A program made the translations under genes and the position numbers. Positions 1 to 10,726 of a stretch of 64,000 bases of DNA are shown one piece after another (position 1 is the first letter of the stretch; each line of letters starts with the position of its first letter). The notes beneath the pieces are model-generated. The model searched no databases. It was not told where the DNA came from and worked only from the letters and a program-made list of their open reading frames with translations. Source of the stretch: Gnetum montanum (lineage: Eukaryota > Plantae > Gnetophyta); the NCBI GenBank assembly GCA_015680685.1, contig MNCI01000900.1, forward strand, positions 414,087-478,086. The letters run 5' to 3'.

Positions 1-63
1 AGATCATTTGTGAATGCTTGTGATTCATATGGTTGGACATAAGGTTACCTCATCACTCATCAT

Positions 64-79
64 TGGCACTTGCTAGGGA
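64..79 (+). other. PBS of element A (decayed tRNA-Asp type, TGGCGCCGTTGCCGGGGA-like)
   Basis: tggcacttgctaggga 1 nt after the LTR end CA; same position and motif as the B PBS. Confidence 0.7.
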
Positions 80-192
80 TGGTGCTAGTTATCTCAATTA
101 GTTATGTTATACATGATTGCTATAAAGGTATTAATGATCTATCTTTTAGAAAACATTAATATTTTAAGGCACACACATTATTAGACAAAACC

Positions 193-994
193 ATGTCTTC
201 TTCACATAGGATCCATAATGCATCATATGATGAGAACACTCATAGGAGAAATGATAGGATATATGCTAAAGAAAATTGGAGTGAACAATCTCAAACAGGT
301 GTTTCCTATGCTCATTTAGATCCTCATTACACCCAAAGACTACATTCAATTGGTATAGATAATCTTAGAGGATATGTAGGAAGTCCTAGATCAAGGAGGG
401 CTTCAAGGACTAGGACCTCCTCTAAACCTAGACAAGATAAATCAAGGGACCATGGGGAGAACTATAGAAGCCATGATAATTCTTTTAGCTCCTCATCTTC
501 CTCTTCCTCTTCAATGTCTAGTTTTGATTAAGATGAACATAGGTAAAGAGATAGAGCTCCACTATGGGGTCAATATGAAGATAGAAATCAAATCCAAGGG
601 CAAAATCAAAGACATCACCATCAGCATAGAGAAGATTATTACAATCAAATGAATAGAAATAGAAATTTTCATCACAACATGTTTGATGATGATGAATCCT
701 TGTTAGCCACTAGGAGCCTCATGGAGATCAAGGAGGTAGTTAAGATACATCATAGGCATCATAGGAATGGTCACTTACCCATTCTTGATATAAAAAATAT
801 CCCTAAATTTGTGGGAGGCTATGATTTTGATCCACAAAAACATCTACAAGCCTTCCATGATGTCTATGCCTTATACAACATTGAAAGTGGATGGAAAAAG
901 CTTAAGCTCTTTCCTAGGACACTAATCAATGAAGCTAAAAGTTGGTGTAGATCGTTGGAATCAAGTTCCATTTACCAATGGTCCACAATGTGGG
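193..994 (+). pseudogene. gag: Element A gag, 5' part (interrupted by the insertion at 995)
   Basis: IPKFVGGYDFDPQKHL...LKLFPRTLINEAKSWCRSLESSSIYQWSTMW is a retrotransposon gag core; colinear with B 16161-17250. Confidence 0.85.
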
Positions 995-1458
995 TGTTGG
1001 CACATTTTGGCCATTTCATGGAATAGGTTGGCATGATAAAACTGGTTAAAATTTTTTGCAATTTGATAGTTGGAGAAGTGGCAAGAATTTTAGTTTGTAG
1101 AGAAAAAGAATAAGAGTTAAAATGTAGTTCACAACAACATTCCCTTACTTTAAGAAAAAAATATGGGAGCACAGTGCCTATATCAAGCTTACAAGTCTCC
1201 ACTGATGAGTACAGGACCACTAACATGTTGTTCTCCCTCTATAATTATCAGTCGAGGGACCCAAAATCTTTGGACTTGGAAGCATAAAAATATATATGTA
1301 TCATCAAGTTCTACAACATATCTTGGTAATCTGGCCTCAACAAGTAGGAAGAAAGATACAGGTTTGTTGACCAATTGAACATCTAAAATACCATGGAAGG
1401 ATTTTGAGAGAACCATGCCCAACGAGAATGTTGATTGCATTTGCTGATTAAGACACAA

Positions 1459-2305
1459 AAAGATCCTAGAATTCTTCTTCTTGATGAAGCTACAAGTGTT
1501 TTGGATGATGAATCTGAAAGGATAGTGCAGGAAGCTCTTGATAGAATCATGGTTAGCAGAACAACTGTGATTGTTGCACATCAGTTGACCACTGTCAAAA
1601 ATGCAGATATGATTGCTGTATTACAACGTGGTTCTATAGTTGGTCAAATCCCTGTGGTTAGTGAGTTTGCTTGGGAACTTGCTTGGCTTGTCAAAATAGA
1701 AAAAGTTAATAGCAAATCCCAAAGGTGCATATTTCTAGCTTGTCAGTCTTCAGGAGATGCATGAAACGAAAGAAGAGACAAAGAAAGATCCTGATGACAC
1801 AGAAATTTCCATCGGTAACTCCTCTCTCATAGTTTCAGGATCAATTTCATCTTTCAGGAAATCCAGAAGAAGTGCAACTTCAAGGAGTAGTGGTAGCCGT
1901 GAATGCAAGGATGATGTGGGAAAAGAAAATGTTGAAAACGGAAAGAAAGAACTAAATATCTTAATTTCATCCTCAAGGACTAGAAAGGAGGGAGACATTG
2001 AAGGGGGCAGATCAAATGTTGAACTAGATGTTTCTCTGACAAGGTTAGCACTGTTGAACAAACCAGAGATCCCTGTTCTACTAACAGGCTCTTGTGCGGC
2101 TGCCATTGTCGGTCTTGGCTTTTCACTTTTTGGCCTCCTATTTTCAAATGTGATCAATAGCTTCTTCAAGCTTGTGCATAAGCTTCGTAAAGACGTGAAT
2201 TGCTGGAGCATTACATTTATAGTATTGGGTTTTGTCATGATGCTAACAACACCCATACAACACATCTGTTTTGCAGTGGCAGGGGGTAAACTTGTGCAGC
2301 GCATT
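1459..2305 (+). pseudogene. ABCB: Captured ABCB (MDR/PGP) transporter fragment: NBD1 C-terminus, linker, start of TMD2
   Basis: [50 protein letters not shown]; [16 protein letters not shown]; RLALLNKPEIPVLL...FAVAGGKLVQRI match ABCB4/11/21-type motifs; frameshift near 1705. Confidence 0.93.
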
Positions 2306-2490
2306 GCTCACAAACAGATCTATGCACATCCCTCTTCTGACGGCCTTGGAATGCAGTTCTGCGTGCTTTTGTAGGCTCCTGGTTTTGGTACAGCCATTGA
2401 GAATGGTTGCAATGGTGTAATCGTTGGGGTTTATCTACACTTGCTGCATCTAGCAAAAAATGCCAAAACCCTCGCTCATGTATTTTTTGG
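2297..2490 (-). pseudogene. Captured PLS-class PPR fragment (antisense)
   Basis: Minus-strand translation EGFGIFC*MQQV*INPNDYTIATILNGCTKTRSLQKHAELHSKAVRRGMCIDLFVSNAL fits the PPR P/L/S consensus (MQ..GI.PD..T..S.L.AC.......G..LH...I..G...D.FV.NAL). Confidence 0.8.
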
Positions 2491-2540
2491 CAACACAAAC
2501 AGAACCCAGATAGTACAAGTGGACACCAAATTTACAGGCC

Positions 2541-2715
2541 TCCATCGATGACATCATGCTCGTGGATGATTCTACATGGATTCTAAAGGTATAGCAGCTG
2601 TTTTAGGACTTTTTCAATGGCAAGGAGCTCTACAAGAGCATCAACCTTGACGAGGACGTTGCCTATTGTAGCTATACAGGCCACCATTCTCTCCGGCAAG
2701 TCCAGTGACAAGACA
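2541..2715 (+). pseudogene. HSP70: Captured cytosolic HSP70 fragment
   Basis: [54 protein letters not shown] corresponds to HSP70 [57 protein letters not shown]; one frameshift. Confidence 0.92.
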
Positions 2716-2830
2716 GGTGAAACGGTGACAAAAATCGTGATAAGAGACGATTGGCTTGGCCTGGTTTCAAAAGACTGCGCACTCTGGAATATGATCAGTG
2801 CCTCTTTCAGGAATACATTCAACGGATACA
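2716..2830 (-). pseudogene. Possible second PPR fragment (antisense)
   Basis: Minus-strand YPLNVFLKEALIIFQSAQSFETRPSQSSLITIFVTVS resembles PPR Y..NG...EAL.LF..MQ...I.P...T...L...S. Confidence 0.5.
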
Positions 2831-2831
2831 C

Positions 2832-2878
2832 AACTGCACCAATCTTCAGGGTTTCTAGTTCTCAAATCCATGTGGGAG
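2832..2878 (+). pseudogene. Possible short alpha-tubulin fragment
   Basis: NCTNLQGF/LV (1-nt deletion) versus alpha-tubulin DNCTGLQGFLVF; very short. Confidence 0.5.
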
Positions 2879-3185
2879 ATGCTGAGAGAAATTAATCCCT
2901 GGACTACTGAAAAAATAGAAAAATCTAAGGTTCAAATCCTTCAACTCGCAGATGATTTGGATAGACAGAGGTTGATGGCAGGTAGGAAGAAAATCATGGG
3001 TCCCAAGCATTAGAAATATGGACAAATATTACACATGTACATATATATTTATATATTAACCCATCCATGTATGCATCAACTCCATGGTTATTATCTCTAC
3101 TACTATGATGTAAATAAAAATAAAATATTTTATGATTTAAAAAGGGAATTTGTGCAACAATTGTTCAAAGTCCCATGTGAATTGA

Positions 3186-3530
3186 ACACTTGTCAATTGA
3201 AATGGTGGTTATAACCACCACCAAGGCCACTTGTCAACTATAACCTTTTTATCTCCACGGTGACCACTTGGTGACTAAATGACGCCACTTGGCAACTGAA
3301 TGAAGACACTTGGAAATTGAATAGGACACTTGTCACCTGCAACCTTTTTATCTCTCTGGTGGTTATAACCACCCAAGATATTTTGTAACTTACCTACCTA
3401 CCTTTTGAACCTTATAAAAAGGCTTCAGGGGTAAGAAGAAGGGAGGACAATACATCACACTTGGGCTACCACACTTGGGGTCTCATTTTTGGTATCACAC
3501 ACTTGGGCTCTCACTTGGAGACACACTTTG
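3186..3530 (+). promoter_or_regulatory. LTR promoter: CACTTG repeats, two GGTGGTTATAACCACC palindromes, TATA box at 3413
   Basis: About 10 CACTTG hexamers; palindromes at 3203-3220 and 3358-3373; cttataaaaaggc. Confidence 0.7.
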
Positions 3531-4690
3531 AGTCTTGGGAGAAGAGCATTTTAAAGAAGAAATTGTGAATGATTGCTTGTAAGATGGCTTGCTAAAGAAA
3601 ATATTTCAGCCTCTTTGTCATAGTCCTGTGAGTTATGTTTTATTTTTATTTTGTTTAAATTTTCTAGCTAGTGGTTTAGATAGTATCATCCTTGGCGAGT
3701 AATTTTGGGATTTTTAGATTGCTCTTATTATTCTTGTTGCCTGATAGAAAATTTCTGTTAAAATTTTTCCATAGAAGCGCTTGTGTTTAAAAGCCTTAAG
3801 AGCATTTTAGTAGTAAATTTTATTATTGTGCAACATATAAGAACTACTATTGAGATTGTTGTAAGAGAGCCTCTACTTGTAGTCATGCCATTGAGCGATT
3901 CAATAGTCAAGAGGGTTCAGAAAATCTTTGGTATTTTGATGGGACCAGAATAACTTCTTTTTATCTTTAAAGCGAATCTCTGTGGTATTTCAATCAGAGA
4001 TTTTCAAGTCTTTTGAAGGTTCTATTGAATGCAATTGTTGACATCCATTATCTAGCCAAAATGGAGTCTCGTACATGATAGTTTACGCAGCAATTTTTTG
4101 GTAACATAGGAGGATTGTCTTGAAGAAATTGCTTATTTGAGCCTTGGAAGTTTGAACAATTCATAGATATTGAATTTGGGATAGCTTTATTGCGAAGTGT
4201 TTACTCGTATCATTTTACCTTGTTTAAATATTTGAGGTCCACACAAATCTGCTTTCTTTTCTGTCTATTTCCATCGAATCTTGCTCTATTTCTAGTTTTC
4301 TTGTGGAACTATCTCTTTCTCTAGGGAAAATTAGAAGAAGATTCGTAGAGTTGTGCTCAAATGTTTTTGCAAAATTTTATTTGTTACAAGTAGGTATTAT
4401 AAGGATCATGTAGACTAGGAAATTGAACAAATAGGAACTCTCAACAACTTACAGTACTTGGCAAAGTTGGCTGAATCTCTTTAAGATAAGTCATTTATAG
4501 TTTACACACAACGCAATCGTTTCATTTTTTCACAATCGCACGCTGCAATAGCACACACACATACTCACATTAACTACTGAATCTATTTGGAGGTATCTGG
4601 GCCTTAGTGTTGCCAGAGACCAGCAAGCACCTAAACCCTGTTCAAGGACACTTGTTGGCGATCGAATCCCAAATGGTCGCCAACAATGGG

Positions 4691-6282
4691 AACTTTTCAA
4701 CAAAAAATATGAAACCTATGCAAGAGTGTCCAACCTAAGAAAAGAAATCCAAGAGTGAAAGAAAGAAAATCATGAACCCTTGGAAGCAGCCTTGGAAAGA
4801 TATTATTTTCTACTACATAGATGCCTAGGCCATGTTGTCTTTAAGGAAAGGCAACTTTTCCACATCATAGAACAACTTTGCAATGAAACAAGGGAGATTC
4901 TTGGGATGTATGCACTAGGTCAACTATACAAGCTACGAACCCATCAAATCGAGGTATTAATCAAGCATGTAGAAAAGAAGAAGGAGAGCTATGTAGATGA
5001 GAGAATGTAGAGGAAAAGAATTGGGACCCAACTTTGCAAAAGAAAAGCATCCATATCTATGATAAGGAAAAAGAGAAAACATTCAATGAGATGATTTTAC
5101 AACCAACCTTGTCAATAAAAAATTTTATCAATGAGCTTGAAGCAAAGCTTGGCAAGATGTTGGAAGGGATGAATGAGAAAGTTAAAACTTGCAAAGAAAT
5201 CATAGAGGAGAGAATAGCAAAAAACGAATCAAGTGATCACAACAAAAGGAGGAAAAAGAACAAAGAAACAACTAGAAACACTTTTAGGCAAGAAGGGGAA
5301 ATGGCTATAGAAGAAGAGGCTATAGACTCAACCATTGAAGAGGATGGTGGGTGTGACATTTGCTTATATGACCATCCAAAGGACCATTGCCTGATCTTGT
5401 TGCATCTATAAGAGTATTAGGCTGGTGCATTAAATTAGAAGTTTGTACAAAAGTACATGCCCAGAAGATTTCCTATTCCATGCAGTAATTTTAGACAATC
5501 CCAAAACCAATTGTACTATCCCAGGGGGACTTATTATTAGCCTCAACATTGGCATGAACCTTAATGGCAACAACCATAGTCGTGGGGGAGGTCACCACCA
5601 AACTAACCATATCCTTCCTACCAACCAAACACACATGAATATTATGTTCAACACCATGTTTCGCCAACTAGTTCTACTTCCTCTACCTCAAATCACTACT
5701 ACCACTCTTCCAAATATCATTATCTTGCAACATGTTATATGAGATCACCACCTCACACCTCTCATCCTACATCATATCCTCAATATTATTATACTTACCT
5801 CCATCATATGTCACCTCCAACAACATAAGAAGGTTTAACATTACAACATCAACGAGAGAATGCCACTTGTGTTGTGAACATACACATAAATGATAACTCT
5901 AGTAGATCTCAACCAAAGTCTCAGAAACATCCCTTCTAGAGGAAAGGCCATAAGCCAAAGCAAAACACTCATGGACCTACTACATCACCTAAAATAGCAC
6001 AAGGCCAATCTAATGCAATTAACTTCCTAAAAAATGATGTCTCCTAATCATATACAAAAGCCAACAATCATTACCACTCCAACACAAGACATAAATGATA
6101 AATATATCATTGTGGAGAGACAGAAGAATCCATGCATCACCAATAATAATAAAGTGTGTAGTTGTGGGTCAAAAGTTCAAAATATTAACGCAACCCCTAT
6201 ACTGATCCACCATAAAGCTCAAGAGCAAGTGTGTGAGAAAAAGCTAACCTACATAGTAGCGACTAAACCAAGAGATAGCTAG
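4691..6282 (+). pseudogene. gag: Element A gag, 3' part (degenerate)
   Basis: ELFNKKYETYARVSNLRKEI...LERYYFLLHRCLGH and CDICLYDHPKDHC are colinear with B 17250-18110 (CENCQYEHPKGC). Confidence 0.75.
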
Positions 6283-8441
6283 TGGCTTGAAAATAAGAAT
6301 ATAAAACTATCTCAAAGATGTATGGAAGTAACTAATTTACTTATCAGTTTTGGAATTTTTTGATTCTTCGTATGTTTTCCATTTCTTAATATTTTTCTCT
6401 TTTCTTGAGCCATTTGCTTTATGTTTTATGAATGTATTTTATGTTTTTATTAATAAAATTGCCAAGTCATGATGTAGAAGTCAACGCTATGTGTTGGGTT
6501 TTTTGTGTTATGCTATCAAGATGATTGGGTAAGTAATTGTGTAAAGTAGTGAGACCACCTCATCCATCCGTCCAGTTCTTTGAATAAAAGGTCTTTTTTC
6601 ATAAAAATAATTTGGTTCTTCCTTTATGAAAATTAATTAGTGATCATTGTACCTTGAAGAAAGAGGAAACTACCAAGTGGGAATGGCAAAGGGTGTGACC
6701 TCAAGGGGACTTGTTGGGTTCTATTCTTAACTTCCTTGATCTGGTTTATGATTCCTCTTGGAATTTATCATCACTCCCCTATCAACCAATAAAAAGGAAG
6801 CTTTATCTTTTCATGGTGTGGTTCCCATCCAAAAAAAATAAAAAATAAAAACATCAAAACAAAGAAAAAAAAGAAACAAAAAAAAAGAGGAAAGAAGAAG
6901 AAAAAGAAAAAAAAACAATAATGGGAGTTTAAAGCACACCCCTTAGACATAATAAAAAGCTACAAGCATTGGTTATGAGGCTGGAAAGACATGTTACCCA
7001 TGCCTAAAGATGCATGTCTAACTAAGTCCCTTCCTTCCTTCTTCTCTTTTTGGAGTGGTGATTGTTCTTTGTGGTGGTTATGGACTCATGATTGTTGGAA
7101 AGAAGGAACACATCAATGTGAGGTTATTGTTCATGGTATGGACTTGGTCTAAACTTAGATGGATAGGTATGTTGATCATTTTAATCACACTTATCACAAG
7201 AACCTATTGTGGACATGGTCAAGTAGCTTACATTCCGATCTCTGCAATCCCTTCTCATTCCATTATTCACCTCACTACTACATGCAATTATGAGATTTTT
7301 GGTTTTGTGTAGTATAGTGCAACATCCTAACAATGGTAGTTGTGTGTTTTTTGGAACAAAGACATGGTCTACATTTAACTTCTTAGGTGCCCATGGACAT
7401 CTATAGAAGTGGTTATGCAAGGGCATTATGGCAAGAGCCTGCTTTGGGAAGGACCCACTTGCATAACTTTTGTTGATCATGGCTTTGAACTAACCTTTAC
7501 ATATTCCAAAACATCAATGATGGTTTCTCTGAATTTATGCATGATTTTGGGACTACTTTTCATCTATTTCATTAAATTTTCCTACTTTTCTATTTCCATA
7601 TCGATTAATATTTCTTGGCCATCTTCTGAATTAGACCTTTAGTTTCAATTATTCAAACATGTATGTGCTTCTAGAGTTATGCTTATTAGTCATGGGGGCT
7701 AGGGATGCTTACTTTAAAATTTTTGAAATTTTTCTAATATCTTATTTTCAAACATCATGGTAACTAATAGTAATTGATCCAAAAAATGTGAACAACTTGA
7801 TGATTTTAGTTACCTCATAGCCTTGGGCATAGTATGCTGTAATCACCTTGTGCTTAAACGAAAACTAAGGGATCCAACAAGGGTTAACTATTAAGGAAAA
7901 TTTACCATAGCTAATGTTGATCCTTTGGTGATTGCAAGTGATGCTAAAAGAAACATCTAAGAAAGAAGGTCTTTTGTGAGGCACAAAAACAAAGCCAAGA
8001 GAGGGACAATGGAGGATATGACCATGGACACATCATAGCTCATACAAGATAGTAGCTCAAGATTCACATGTTTGCTAGATCCATGTAGCAATGAGAAGAA
8101 ATTTTAGTCCACACTTCAAGAATGTTTTGCATAACTAGAGAAGCACTGACATGAAAATCAAGGTTAAAAGTTTATTCTTGCTAGTGACAATAAGAAGAAT
8201 CATCTTTAGTAGATTTATAAGGACCTCTACAAATTTTGTAATCTTCAATGTCTATCTAGAATTTTTGTCACTCTATCATTTTGTATGCATCCACTTGAAT
8301 AAAATTCTATAATGTAGCACTCAAAGTTAGTCCATAGTTTGCATATCAATCAATAATCCCATACCTTTCCAATATTTTATAAGGAACTTATTCCTCATTT
8401 TTTTTAACTTGAGGATAAGCTTTCATTTAGTCATGGGGGTG

Positions 8442-9329
8442 TGATGAGTCATGATTTGCCTGGCCTTGACATCGAAGCCTTCAGATCTAATGAATCATTG
8501 TTTTTTGTCTACTCTAATGTTAGGTATGCGATGTTAGAGTTGCAATGTCGAGTATGTGACGTTGGGTATCCAACATTGGGGTATATACTCTGGCCTAAAA
8601 ATATAGCACTTGGGCTACCATTTTGAGTTAGTTTTACATTATTTTTTCATATTTTTTTAATAGAGTAGCCAAATTCTTATAGTTTTATTCTGTGATCTTA
8701 GAGAATAGTTAGTGAGTGCCCACAAAGTAGATCTGAGTCTGTTGTATGAAGTCTTATTCAACTAGCAATGTACCTAGACATATTTCATGAACAACAATAA
8801 GATCGAGATTGATTCTTATTCATTATAGCACATTGACTTAGATTAGATTTACTTTGCTTGATATTTACTTTTCATGTACTTAGTTAATATTCACATTTTC
8901 ATGAATGTTAATTAATTAAGCACATAAGTACAATCACTTCAAGCATGCATATGGCTCTTGGTAATCCCAACAACGCTTAACATTTGGAACCCAATAGCAT
9001 TATATGTGTTTAGGATGTGCATGGGAAGTGGGATCAGATACTTATGTTAGGGTAGTTGATTATTAATTAGCAATTAGTTTAGTTGAATTAATTACAAATT
9101 AAGTTTCAACCTATTGTTAACTATAGAATAGTAAAATATAAAATAATTAAAATCATATGCCTCACTTTGGACTAAACCATACATGACAAAGCTACCACTA
9201 GTCTAAGTGGAAAGATAGTGAACTACGATCAAGGCATAGCGATCTAGATGCCACAACTAGTCCCATCCATGGAATTTGACCGAATCGTGCATAAATGCTG
9301 GTTGGGCATAGGGGTACCTCTCGCTCATA
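8442..9329 (+). repeat. Element A 3' LTR
   Basis: Starts TGATGAG after the purine/G tract; ends ...ggtacctctcgctcata, similar to 1-62 and 15950-16011; internal blocks shared with the B LTR; no PBS after it. Confidence 0.7.
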
Positions 9330-10029
9330 TCTTTCTTTTTAAGTCATAGCATCTATGTGCAACGAGACTGTGTCAAAGTGCTACCATGCTTTTACAACCC
9401 AAAACCATTTAGTTGATGTGAAGTCAAGTGTTTACATGATGAATAAAGCTCAATTTGATTTCCTTAATTTCTCAATTTTATTAAATAGGTTGAAGCAAAA
9501 GTCTCACTTGGTCCAAATAACCTTTATAAACATGATGAATGAAGTAACACTTCCTATTATAGTGCATTTTCATCAAGACAAACTACGATGATGATGCGAT
9601 GCATATGGATAATTTTACAAAGAAGTTAGGAAAGTTGCATCTACCACCTTTGACGAGGCTATGTTCAATCAAGGCTTTATTAAGGATTTGATAGATGAAA
9701 AATCCATATCTCCACAACAATTAGAGTATGTTGCTTATGAGAAGCAACCAAAACCTTCCCTATAGACTCTCATTGCTATAACATAAATGATTCTAGAGGA
9801 AGAAGGTCCATGAATTTTATCCATAAAAGCTATGATAAACTTATGGTGAATCAAAGTCATACATCATTTCATATTTGTATTACTATCATTTGAATGAAAG
9901 TATTAATGGTTTAGAAGAGCTATTATTTTCATGGGCCTAGTAGGATCAAATTCATGAAATTGTTTACATCATCTATGAAAGAATTAAGGGGAGAAAAATC
10001 AAAAATTTTGATATGGCTAACATTCCTAT

Positions 10030-10726
10030 TAATGAGGAATTTTCATGGATTCCACAATCCAAGCACTCTTAAAGTTACAAAAAAATAAATATGAACCCAA
10101 AAAGAAAATGAGAGATTTATTCTTGTCCAAATGGAGAAATCATAGCTCAAAGGAAGAACAAATTCCTAAGTATAGACAACAGATTCAATCAAATTCTCAT
10201 ACACATGCTCAATAAAAGAAAAGTCACTCTCACATGGATGATGATCAAGGCACCTTGCCAATACTCTACCTCTCTCTCCTTTCTTCTCTCAATTCCTTTG
10301 ACTCTCTCTTTTTCTAAACTCTCTCTTTTCAAATTGAAAGCCCAAGAGGTCTATTTATATCCTTCCCTACTATTGCTTCATCTTCCCTTTAATTTACCAT
10401 TCAATTTTATGTTTGTCAAAATCCATATAAGACATATTTCTTGAGTGTAAAGATATTATAGGAGATGTCTTGAGAGTGTGAAAATGTCTTGAATGTAGCT
10501 GAGACATCTAACTATTAGGGGAGATGTCTTACCTATTAAGGCCAAAATTAAATATGCTTGTTTTAAGGCCTAGAACCTATGGACACATCCAAACAAGTCC
10601 CCATAGCCTCCAAAACCTCCTAAATGCATCAAAATAATTCCAAAACACTACCAAACATGCCAAAACTCTAGGAAGAGATCCCATCATTGTATATATGTGA
10701 CATTGGCCTATTTGATGTCCACATCA
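10030..10726 (-). repeat. Element C 3' LTR
   Basis: Direct repeat of 12714-13426; adjacent pyrimidine tract acatccttctccttc is the minus-strand PPT. Confidence 0.88.

Larger units (their letters stand above)
995..4685 (+). mobile_element. Solo-LTR-like insertion (3691 bp) carrying captured host-gene fragments
   Basis: Ends TGTTGGC...GCCAACA (7-bp inverted termini); 5-bp TSD gtggg (990-994) / atggg (4686-4690); removing it restores the A gag frame QWSTMW|ELFNKKY; TATA at 3413; no PBS, PPT or internal TE ORFs seen. Confidence 0.85.
1..9329 (+). mobile_element. Element A: Athila-like Ty3/gypsy, non-autonomous (gag only, no pol seen); 5' LTR truncated by the window edge
   Basis: LTR end ...ctcatca at 62; decayed tRNA-Asp-type PBS at 64; gag homologous to B's gag; non-coding 6300-7500 homologous to B's 61620-62600; 'ttgaggataagc...agtcatggggg' precedes an LTR starting TGATGAG at 8442. 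Confidence 0.8.

Noticed and set aside
1435-2374. Functional host ABCB gene
   Set aside because: Only about 280 codons of a ~1250-aa protein, with a stop and a frameshift, inside a TSD-flanked insertion.
1018-3013. One continuous chimeric ORF through all cargo fragments
   Set aside because: The recognisable pieces fall in different frames (+1, +2, +3, +1) with several stops; not supportable from this copy.
6830-6920. A-rich tract resembling a retrocopy poly(A) tail
   Set aside because: No TSD or upstream cDNA; a shorter A-rich stretch sits at the homologous position in B (~61990-62020), so it is part of the element.
7055-7642. Hydrophobic short ORFs as an Athila env-like gene
   Set aside because: Fragmentary, with no recognisable motif; AT-rich sequence gives such translations by chance. 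It cannot be excluded without a family consensus.
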